Origin: Azolla caroliniana
Lineage: Eukaryota > Plantae > Polypodiophyta
Length of the DNA: 64,000 nucleotides
Direction of reading: 5' to 3'
NCBI GenBank assembly: GCA_043228905.1
Contig: JBHGNT010000012.1
Span: forward strand, 7,626,001 to 7,690,000
The notes beneath the pieces were generated by a model that was not told the origin of the DNA, ran no database searches, and worked only from the letters and a program-made list of their open reading frames with translations. This document shows positions 53,385 to 64,000 of the stretch, in pieces. The first letter of the stretch is position 1; each line of letters begins with the position of its first letter. Position numbers and translations under genes: made by a program.

Positions 53385-56300
53385 TGTTACGGGCATGACC
53401 ATATAATATCCCGTGGTGAGAATTTACCGTAGTATTTTATACACGTGGATAAGTGTGAGGGTTAAACGAGAGTGTAAAGAAGGGGAGGATTACTTTTAAT
53501 CCTCGGGATTGAGACAACCCATTAGGCCAAATGTGAACTTGCCCTGGGAGCCTTGGATATCGCTATAAATAAGAGGCCTAGCTACCCTCATTTCATCATC
53601 TTTTGACTAAGTCGAGACTCTGTTTCGTGGTGGTTCAACTCTTGTAGCAAGCGCGCCAGCACCAGGTATGACTCGACACGACACGGTGGTATGGGACGCT
53701 AATCGAGGCTTGAGTCCGTCTCGATCCCTTCGCTCGGGGGTGGTAGGGTGGATTGGCACCCTTCTTTCTCTCTCTCTCTCTCTCCTTTCTATCTATCTAT
53801 CTTTTCTCCTTATCATACACTTACATTAGATCATATCTCTAGTTAGTTTCAGAGCTCATGTTTTAATGTTTCTTTTGTTGTCTTTTGTCTTCTTGTTCGA
53901 TGGTGATCGATCGATGTGCGGTCAACCTTGATCCAGACAACGATCAACAAAGGAACTTCGGTAATCTTTCTTGTTTTTTTTTTCTATTTTTTCTTCTCAC
54001 TTCTAATCATGTATATGGTCATATGTAATTTTTTTATTATTAATTCAATGATGTTGTAGTGGTAATTAATTGATTATATAAAATGTGTACATATATGCAC
54101 GAGGTCAATACCTCATTTGACATATATTTAATATGTCATTAGTGTCGTATGCGTACGAGGTTAATACCTCAATTACGTATTACGTTCACAAACATATGCT
54201 ATGTTTGCGTATGAGGTCATTACCTTGATTTGTATGTAAATGATATGTGTTTGGTGTCGTATGCGTATGAGGTCAATACTTCAATTGCATATTACGATTA
54301 ACCCTTATTTTTAGATGTTTCGTGTGCGTAGAGGGTATATGCCTCGATTACATAATTTTTGGCTATTTTATATTACAATTTCTTTTATATATGCATATAT
54401 GGTCATGTGTATACGTATTTGATCGTATATATGTGATAATATACATATGTGTATATAAGTTATTACATGATTTCAATATCGAATGTTTTCCTTTTCGGGG
54501 AAAGGATCTTGGTGGCCGTCCTCACATTTTTGTGAGCATCCCTTTTCAACAAATTTTTATTGTTGACATCCCCGTTGGTGACTTCGATTTCGTTACATAA
54601 TGAAACAATCTTAGCCACAATGGTGTTGAGAACGTAGGGCTTGACCCACTTGATGTAAGGTTGCTCTTATGACACACATATCCAACATCCCTCCCTCATT
54701 ACATGGATACGATGCCAATGTGAGATCATTCTTACGAAAGGCATTTGTAATGACATAACCATGTGATGGGCCACGTGGGTCTACTACGAAAAGAGGGCTC
54801 ATTTGGCTTGACCATTAGGTTGCACTTTGGCGTATGCCATCGTAATGATGAGACTTGAGGTTAGGTAACATACCAACAAAGTTTGTGGTAAATGAGGGGG
54901 AAATAAGGACTCTTGACATATATGTTTCTTTTAAAAAAACATATATGGGCAAATGCCTCGGATATCTCTTATACGCATTAAATATTAAACATTTAAGAAG
55001 AGCAACCTACTTGGTTGGCTCAAGTGTTTAATGTATTTGTTCTCGAGGTCTCGAGTTCAAATATGACCAAGACCATACAACATCGTTGATACATATGACT
55101 ATAACACATGTTTAGACTTGAGGTCTAAGTGCACTTCGGGGTCCTCATAATAGGACTTAAAGAGCCGAAACCACATATGTGGGCACCGAAACATAGATTA
55201 TTGTTAACATTTCTTTCGTGTATAAACTATTCATGACGCGAACATACATGGTTGAGCCTCGGGGAGCCGCCATAAAAAAATCGATATAGAGATCAGGGAA
55301 AGACATTAATTTGTCACCCCCATAGTTTTTAAAACACCTTTGTGTTACCATAATAACTTGATCTTCAACCTCATCTCATACATCTAGAGGGGTATTGATG
55401 TGAGATAATGATATCGATTAATGTTTGCCCATGATATGTTTACATCACGACATGATGTTATGACTATTTATTTGACCTTATCCTATTTCTTTGCCAGAAA
55501 TAATCATTCAATGGCTCAAAATAACAGCCCGATGTCATCTGCTCAAGCGGAAGGAACTCAAGGAAATCCTCCTGGACAAATGTCCATTGAGATGTATTTT
55601 TCACAAATAAGCCAATACCTTAGTTTCACCGCTCAATAGATGATCGAACTTCGGCAATCTCAAAGTGCTCTCGAGGCACATGTCATTAGTTTACAATGTG
55701 AGACTAATAGACCTGGTGAGCGATAGGGTGAACCATCGTTTTTCGTTAAGCCATTTACGAGAGAAAAAAGAGGAAAGAACCGAAGAATCAATCTACACGT
55801 GGCTGGGCCAATGGGAGTCTCATTTTGAGCTCTATCCCACGCCAAAAAGTATGAAGATTGCATATGTCGGCCGAGAACTAGGGGGTAAGGGCCCGCCTGG
55901 TGGCGTGGGCTCCGTACTTTGGGGAAATTGCCCGATACCTAGACAAATTTGTCACAGTTTTCAAGGGCCAATTTCTACAACCTCCCTCTCGAACTGAGGC
56001 AACACAAGCTTTAATGAACCTCTGTAGTAGGAATTTTTCCTCACGAGAAGACTATTTCACCATGCTAGAACCCAAATCCAAAAATCGGGTCTAAAAGGGG
56101 ACAACTCGTTAATAGCTTGTTTTGTCAATGACATCCCCAATTCGGACTATCAATAGATAGTGCACGATAAGGGTCCAAAATTCTTCGAAGAGGTCGTTGA
56201 AATAGTTCTTCGCTATCAACGCACTTCGAAGAAGGACCACAACAAACCCAACGAAGCGCCCAGGATTAAGCAGTCGCAATTCGCTAAGAAAAGCAAGACA

Positions 56301-58785
56301 CCCAACGAAATCATGGATCGCGATTGTAAGCGACAACATCCTTTTTGCGTATTCTGCAAAAAGAAGGGTTATACAAAAGAGCAATGTCGAAGCTCCAACG
56401 GAAAGAGCACGACAACAAAACAAAAGCTGCAGACCATAAAGGTCAGATTCCTGATGTCCTTGAGGTCTATACACATCATTTAAGTAATTGTAATTGTTCT
56501 TTCCCCCATTATGTATTGGGATCCAATTGTTATATACGTTATAGTAAATCTCCATGGGTTGCACCTATTCTCTTGGTAAAAAAGAAAGAGGGCACATGAC
56601 GTGTGTGTATTAATTACCGTTGCTTGATTAAATGACGATCAAGAATTCATATCCATTGCCCCAGGGCGACGATCTAACTGACCGTCTCCAGGGAGCTTGG
56701 TATTTTACAAAACTTGATCTCCATACGGGCTACCATCAAATTCGTATAAGTGAGGAAGATGTTCTGAAAATGGTATTTCGTACGCGTTATGGCCATTATG
56801 AATTTTTGGCCATGCCTTTCGGTTTGACCAATGCTCTGGCCACATTTTAACAAGAAATGAATGACATTTTCCGAGAAGAACTTGGAAAATTTCTCGTTAT
56901 TTTCTTGGATGATATTCTAGTTTATAGTCGTACATTAGAAGAACATGCTAAACATGCCCGTTTTGTTTTACAAACATTGCGTGCCAAGCAATTCTACGCG
57001 AAGATCTCAAAATGTGAGTTCTTCACGAAATCAATTACTTATCTTGGACATCTCATAACCGAATGAGGAGTTGAAATTGATCCTTCTCGCATCGAGAAAG
57101 TCAAACTTTGGCCCACTCTTCGGAATCATTCGAGAAGTTCAATCATTCCTTGGTTTTGTCAGTTTTTCACAAAAATCTCTTCGTAATTACTCCCAATTGA
57201 CGACACTGTTTACTGATATTCTCAAAGGTCAAATGCATAACTCTAGAAAACCTATTGTGTGAAATGTTACACTAGACCTGGTCGTTAAGGAACTCAAGGA
57301 CCTGGCATGCAAGGCTCATTCGCTTCTTTTACCAGATCCTTCAAAACCTTTTCAGGTTGAAACGGATGCAAGCGATTATGTGATAGGTGTCGTCCTATAT
57401 CAAGATGATAAACCGATAGCAATTTAGAGTAAGAACCTTCATTCTACTCAGTGTCGGTATACCATGCAAGAAAGGGAATTATTTGCAGTTATTCATGCGC
57501 TCAAGACATGGTGACATTATCTTTATGGAAATCGTTTTGTGGTAACTATGGACCACGAGTCCTTGAAATATTTTTGTGACCAACAAGACCTTAAAGGTCG
57601 CAAGGCACGATGTGCAGATCTCATCCAAGACTTTGATTTTTCCATCAATATCGTAAAGGTTCCATGAACATTGTCGTTGATGCACTATGCCGCATCCGTG
57701 AAGTTAACATGCTTAGCTTCATTGAAATAACATCATATCTTTATGATCACCTTCGAGGAAAGTATCCTGATGACAATTATTTTGCGAAATACTAGGCAAG
57801 AGTTGAGTCTGGAACAAACACCACCACATCCTCAAAGGAATCCTTCCACATTGCTAATGGTCTACTCTACCGTAATGGGAAGGTTTGTGTTCCAAATTTG
57901 CCTGAGGTTAAAAAGAGAAATATTTTTGAATGCCATAATGCACCCTCAGTAGGGTACCCTGGAATACATCGTACCCTCGTTCTCATCTCCACTCAATTCT
58001 ATTGGCCTAAGATGTGTCCTGACATACATAGCTATGTGAGTAAATGTCACCATTGTCAAGTTAACAAAGTCGAGTGACTTAAAGTCACAGGACATTTACA
58101 TCCCTTGGACATTCCCAATAATAAGTGGGAAAGTATATCAATGGGTTTTATTGTTAGCCTTCCTCGCACCCAAAAAGGCCATGATGCCATCTGGGTTGTG
58201 GTTGATCGACTACATAAAATGGCTAGATTTATTGCTACTAAAACCATGGTAACAACTCCTAAATTGGCTTACCAATTCATTGACGAGTTATTTCATTTTT
58301 ATGGATTACTGATGGATATCGTGAGTGATTGAGATACAAATTTTACTAGGGACTTTTGGACGCAAGTCATTAAGAAGTTGGAAACTACATTGAGCATGAG
58401 CTCCATGGATCATCCTCAATCCGATGGACATACCAAACGAGTAAACCAAATTATTGGGGACATGCTCTGAGCATACGTTGGTACAAAACCAACAAAATGG
58501 GAATGTTATCTCCCAATTTTGGAGTTTGCTTATAACAGCTCCAAGCATACATCGACGAGATATAGTCCTTTTATGTTGATGTATGGTTTTCAGCCACGAG
58601 CCCCGATTGATGTTAATATACATCATGATGAGTTGCGAAGTACGCAAAACTTTCTTCGGGATATGGAAGATATGTTGCATATTGCACGAGACAATATAAA
58701 ACAGCTTAACGTAGAGCGCGTTTTTATGCCAATCATAATAGGGAACATCGTGTATTCAACCCTAGACAGAAAGTATTTTTACATT
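53385..58785 (+). mobile_element. Degenerate Ty3/Gypsy element (chromovirus-type pol), 5' LTR 53385-~53840, 3'-truncated
   Basis: LTR begins TGTTACGGGC; degenerate iMet PBS (tagtttcagagc, ~53844). gag remnant (TWLGQWESHF). [44 protein letters not shown]; RNase H ETDASD; INT WESISMGFI..LP, VVDRL. Many stops; no protease seen. Confidence 0.9.
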
Positions 58786-61700
58786 AGGCTCCCGACAGCA
58801 GAGGCATATGGGACCTTCATCATCTCCGCCTTCTCTGCTTTCGTCTTCGGGCTTTGCTTACCGGATAGCCTGCAATTTGCCGGAAGGGTCGATCCGACCA
58901 ATTTCGCATCTGACATGTTGAACTGCTGAAGCACCTTTGTCACGTACTTCTCCTGTGACAGTCACAATTGCTTCATTGACCGGTTCCGAATAATATGCAT
59001 CCCCAGCATCTGTCTTGCCGGTCCCAAGTCTTTCATTGAGAAGGTCCGGTTGAGGGCCTTCTTGAGCATTTGTATTTTGGCTTGGTCCCGTTCGACGATC
59101 AACATGTCGTCCACGTACAGAAGGAGTATCAGGAAGTCGCCTCCTTCGAACTTCTTCACAAACACGCAGTGATCGGCCTACGTCTTCTGGTACCCTTGAT
59201 CGGTCATGAAGGAATCGAACTTCCGGTACCATTGTCGGGGAGCCTGCTTTAGTCCGTACAGGCTCTTCTTTAGCCGGCATACTAGGTGCTCCTTCCCTTT
59301 CTCCACAAATCCCTCCGGTTGCTGCATGTAGATCTCCTCTTCGAGGTCGCCGTGAAGGAATGTCGTCTTCACGTCCAGCTGTTTTACCTCGAGGTCCATG
59401 CTTGCCGCTATACTCAGCACCGTCTGGATGGAGGTCATCTTTACTACCGGGGCAAATATCTCGTCGAAGTCCCCGCCCTTCTTCTGCTGGAACCCCTTCA
59501 CCACAATCCTGGCTTTGTATCTCAGGGGGTTGTCGGCATCTCCCGGTTTCAACTTGTACACCCACTTGTTTCGGAGTGCCCGCCTTCCTTTCGGCAACTC
59601 CACCAATTCGTACGTATGGTTCTCATGCAGGGAATCCATCTCATCCTGCATGGCACTTAACCATTTTCGGCTATGGGTGTCATCATTTGCTTCTTCGAAG
59701 CTTTCCGGCTCCCCCTCATCGGTCAACAGCACATGCTCTGCATCCGGAAATCTCCGGGGGGCCCTTCTCTCTCTGAGAGGATATCTCCGTCTTTGGGCTT
59801 CGGTAGTCGGCTCCTACATTTGCTCTTCATCCGAATCCGATTCGGGGTCTTGGCTGGTTCCGGTTTCAGCTTCCTCTACTTCTTCTTCTGCCGGTCCGGT
59901 ATCCTCACCGTAACCGGCTGGTTCCTCGAGTGCTAACCGGTCTCTTGCCGGTTGGGTCTGCTCCTCGCAGAATCGATCCTTACCGGTCGACTCGGAGTTC
60001 ATTATCTTCTTCTCCGACTCCCAGTCGGTGAGCGTCTTGTCCTCCATGAAGATAATATCTCGACTCACGAATACCTTCTTGTCGACCGGGTCCCACACTC
60101 GGTAGCCGAACTCATCGTCGCCGTAACTGAGGAATATGCACGGCCGGGTCTTTGGATCTAACTTTCCTCTCCGGTCCTTAGCTACATGCACGTACGCGAG
60201 ACACCCGAACACCTTCAGATGCCGGTAAGACACTTCCTTACTGGTCCATACTCTCTGTGGCGTGTCTCCGTCCAAGGGTACTGAGGGTGATTTGTTTATC
60301 ACATATGTCTCCGTCAATAGTGCCTCAGCCCAAAACTTCTTGGGTAGTCTTGCATGCGATAACATACTCCGGACCCTCTCCATTATGGTCCAGTTCATCC
60401 TCTCGGCCAGCCCGTTTAGTTCCGGCGTCTTCGGCACGGTAAATTCGAGCCGGATTCCCTTCGAGCGGCAGTACTCCTCGAACTGCCCCCGGTAATCTCC
60501 TCCGTTATCTGCTCAAACCGCCTTCAGCTTCCGGCCGGTTTCTCTTTCCACTCTCGCATGGAGCTCTTTGAAGACGGATAGCACTTGATCCTTCGTCTTC
60601 AATGGTGTGGCCCACAACTTCCGGCTGTGGTCATCTATGAACGTCACGAAGTACTGCGCTCCAGCATGTGACTTCGTGTCTACTTGACACACATCCGTAT
60701 GCACCAACTCCAGTGGCGCATTACGTCTCATCGGTGGCCTTGATCGGAAGGAGGTCCGGTTTTGTTTACCGGCCAGACAATTAGTGCACTTCTCCAAGTG
60801 CATGTTCTTCACTGGAATGAGGTTGTCTTCTGCAAGCCTCTTCATCCCCTTCTCGCTCATGTGACACAGCCTCTTGTGCCACAGCTCACCGGCAGTGTCG
60901 GATGCCACGTTCACTTCCTCCGGACATAACCGGGCATTCATCAGGTACAATGTGTTGACCTTCCGGGCCCGAGCCACAATTAGGCTCCCCTTGCTAAACT
61001 TCATAACACCGTTCCGGATGCTACCCGTGTAGCCTTCATCATCTAGCCGACCGGCTGATATCAGGTTCAGACGAACCTCCGGAACGTGTCGGGCATCCTT
61101 CAGCAACATCTTGCATCCGGTTGGTGTTGTCAGCCACACGTCTCCTATGCCGACAATTCGGCATGTACCTTCATTCCCCATCCGGACATAGTCATGATCA
61201 CCGGCTAAGTAGGATGAGAAGCATTTCTGGTCCGGGGTAAGGTGGAATGACGCTCCAGAGTCTACCACCCAGGTCATCTCGTCGCCGGCAAGGTTTATCT
61301 CACTTTCCTCAGTAATGAGCATCAACTCTTCTTCACTTGCCGCGATTGCCGTCGTTCCCTTCCGGTCCGCCCCCCTCCGGTCTTTACCGTTTCGGTCCGG
61401 TGTCCGCTTCGAATCGGTATCGTCGGTTTCCTTGTCTTTCCGGAAATGCCGACAGTTCTTTTGGAAGTGTCCTGGCTTGCCGCAATAGAAGCAAGTAGGC
61501 CTCCCCCTTGACTTTGACCGTGTCCCCGACTTTTCCCGGTTCTGGGGACTACGGTTTCTTTGTCTTCCGCGTTCCGATTCGGAAAGGAGCGCTTTGGAGT
61601 CGGAGCTCGTATCCTTATCTTTTCGACGCGCCTCCTCATCTAGCATGCTCGACTTTACTCTTGCTAGGGATAACCGTTTCCCTTCCGGCCCGGCGTTGCC

Positions 61701-62990
61701 CAAAGTGACAACCAACGTCTCCCAGCTATCCGGGAGGGAACCGAGCAGGAGAAGCGCTACTACCTCATCAACGAGAGGTACTTCCAATGATGTTGCCTGG
61801 TGGATCAGCCCCTGGAAGGCATTCATGTGCTCTGCCATGCTGGAGCCATCTTGGTACCGGAGTCTTGCTAGCTTCCGGAATACCGAAACCTAATTAACAA
61901 CATTTTTGTTTTGAAACATAATGCCGATCTTCTCCCAGAGCTCATGAGCCTTGCTCTCTTCATTGAAGTTGTTGTATAGGCTCATGTCGATGAAGCACCG
62001 TATGTACGCCGTTGTCTTGATGTGCATCACCTCCCATATCGTGGCGTCGATTTTGTCCGGTCTCTTGTCCCCGAACTGAACCGGCAACCAAAGATCTTTA
62101 ACCACGAGCATGTCCCTCATCTTCGACTTCCACACCGAATAGTTGGAGCTGGTGAGCTTGAACATGGCTCCCAACAAATCGTCCATTTTCTGTGTCGTTT
62201 CGCTCTGATACCACTTGACAGGAACTGCATGCTCCCTATACGCAATGCTCGGCCACAACCGAGCTTAGAATCATACACAAAAAACGGGAAATGCAAGCAC
62301 GACACAATGGAGAGAAGAGTACACAGGATGTTTAACGTGGAAAACCCTGAGAGGGAAAAACCACGACAGTCCACTGACTGCTAACTATCACTATGTCACA
62401 GTAATTACAACAGTGAGCTCACGGAGGCAACGACCTCGCGCTCATGATCTTCGCCACAGGCGGCGGTTACAACAAAGGCATCGACCTCTCTCTCTCTCTG
62501 TACATTGTTACGTGCTCTAATCTTGTGCAAAACAAGAATGACAACAACTACTCAAAAGTTTGCCCTAAGTCATATTTATACTAATATGACTTTTTGGCTA
62601 TTTACAAATATAGCCATCTGGTTCTCACCGGGTCTGCACCATTCGGCTCTCTGTAGCCGGGTACTCGTCATCCGGTTCTCACCGGGTCTGCACCATCCGG
62701 TTGTCCGTAGCTGGGTTCTCCTCATCGGGTTCTCACCAGGTCTGCACCATCCGGATGTCCGTAGTCGGGTACTCCTCATCCGGTTCTCACTGGGTTTGCA
62801 CCATCCGGTTGTCCATAGCCGAGTACTCCTTATCCGGTTCTCACCGGGTCTGCACCATCCGGTTGTCCATAGCCGGGTACTCCTCATCCGGTTCTCACCG
62901 GGTCTGCACCATCCGGCTGTCCGTAGCCGGGTACTCGCTCATCAGCACTGTTCTTCTCCCTTCCCATCCGGAGGGACCTGTCTCCCAACA
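58780..62990 (-). mobile_element. Ty1/Copia element (Tnt1/Tork-like), 5' LTR to mid-RT, 3'-truncated
   Basis: 5' LTR 62216-62990 (TGTTGGGAG...CTGTCA); PBS TGGTATCAGAGC (62202-62213). gag WKSKMRDML, LLLLGSLPDSW, CFYCGKPGHFQKNC; PR WVVDSGASFH; INT LWHKRLCH, VHTDVC, ELNGLAERMN; RT YKARIVVKGF, LKKSLYGLKQAPRQWY, LLYVDDML; ends at VPYASAVGSLM. Several stops. Confidence 0.95.
62613..62940. repeat. 54-bp tandem array (6 copies) inside the Copia 5' LTR
   Basis: CTCATCCGGTTCTCACCGGGTCTGCACCATCCGGTTGTCCGTAGCCGGGTACTC-type unit at 54-bp spacing (62671, 62725, 62779...). Confidence 0.95.
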
Positions 62991-63922
62991 CATATATCCC
63001 CCACGCTCACGAAACATCCAAAAATAAGGGTGAACATAATACGCAATTGAGGTATTGACCTCTAATGCATACAACACCAATCACATATCCTTTACATAGA
63101 AATCGAGACCTCAAACACATACGTAGCATATGTATGTGAACATAATACACAATTGAGGTATTAACCTCGTACACATACGACACGAATCACATATCAATTA
63201 TATGTCTAATGAGGTATTGACCTCATATACATATGTAAATGTTTTATACAACAAATTAATTACCACTACAACATCATTGAATCAATGAAAGAAAACACAT
63301 ATTAACTATACATGATTAGATTGGGTGAAGGAAGAATAGAAAAAAGAAGAAGAAAGAGTTACCGAAATTCCTTTGTTGATAGTACATCGATCAATCGTAC
63401 ATCGCTCGATCGCCATCCAACAAGAAAAAAAACAATCAACAAAAGAAACATGGCTCAGATACCAATTGTTAGAGCTTAGCTACTAATGTAAGCATATGAT
63501 AAGGATAAAAGATAGATAAATAAGAAAGGAGAGAGAGAAAGAGGGGTGCCGATCCACCCGACCAGCCCCGAGCGAAGGGAGCAAGACGGACTCGAGCCTC
63601 GATCGGCGTCCCATACCACCGTTGTGGCGTCGAGTCGTACCTGGCACTAGCATGCTCGCTACAAGAGTTGACCCACCACAATGTCAGAGTCTAGACGTAG
63701 TCAATAATGTGTCAAGTGAGGGTAGCTAGGCCTTATATTTATAGCTAGACCTAAGGCCCCCAAACAAGTTCACACGTGGCCTAATGGGTTGTCTCAATCC
63801 CAATGATTAAAAGTAATCCTCCCCTTCTTTACACTCTCGTTTAACCCTCACACTTTATCCACGTGTATAGAATACTACGATAAATTCTCAACACGGGATA
63901 TTATATGGTCATGCCCGTAATA
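62991..63922 (-). mobile_element. Second copy of the 53385 Gypsy family (5' LTR 63467-63922, PBS, leader), opposite orientation
   Basis: Reverse complement matches 53385-54340. PBS TGGTATCTGAGC at 63453-63464. The leader is interrupted by the Copia LTR at 62990. Confidence 0.9.
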
Positions 63923-64000
63923 GGGTACATTCTAGCTGAGCTCATGGTCGAACAAAAGCCGATCATGCTAGTGGAGCGGACGATAGCCTCGTCACGAGGG

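Noticed and set aside
62505-63080. Repetitive ORFs and a CRISPR-like appearance of the 54-bp array
   Set aside because: Contiguous tandem units without unique spacers, inside a Copia LTR; no cas genes; eukaryotic DNA.

Overview
Eukaryotic, repeat-rich land-plant genomic DNA; a fern or other non-seed plant is my inference, not something the sequence proves. There are three recognisable host genes: plastid ACCase carboxyltransferase alpha (CAC3/accA, minus strand, ~10 exons), an S1/P1 endonuclease (ENDO/BFN-type, plus strand, 9 exons) and a microsomal omega-6 desaturase (FAD2, minus strand). There is also one orphan ORF. The rest is nested transposons. A complete 17.5-kb Ty3/Gypsy element (14403-31862; 433-bp LTRs, ACAAC TSD) carries a long extra 3' ORF. 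Its gag is interrupted by a 7.55-kb cut-and-paste DNA transposon (22974-30528; ~37-bp TIRs, 4-bp CCAC TSD). This DNA transposon is the highlight. Head-to-head with its DDD transposase (Sola-like, tentative) it carries a spliced gene for a ParB/Srx-like domain followed by a prokaryote-type beta-class amino-(N6-adenine/N4-cytosine) DNA methyltransferase (DIPY ... QKP ... DLFSGTG). The right end holds two convergent copies of a second Gypsy family and a truncated Tnt1/Tork-like Copia, joined by a rearrangement. All assignments were made by eye from motifs; no searches were run.
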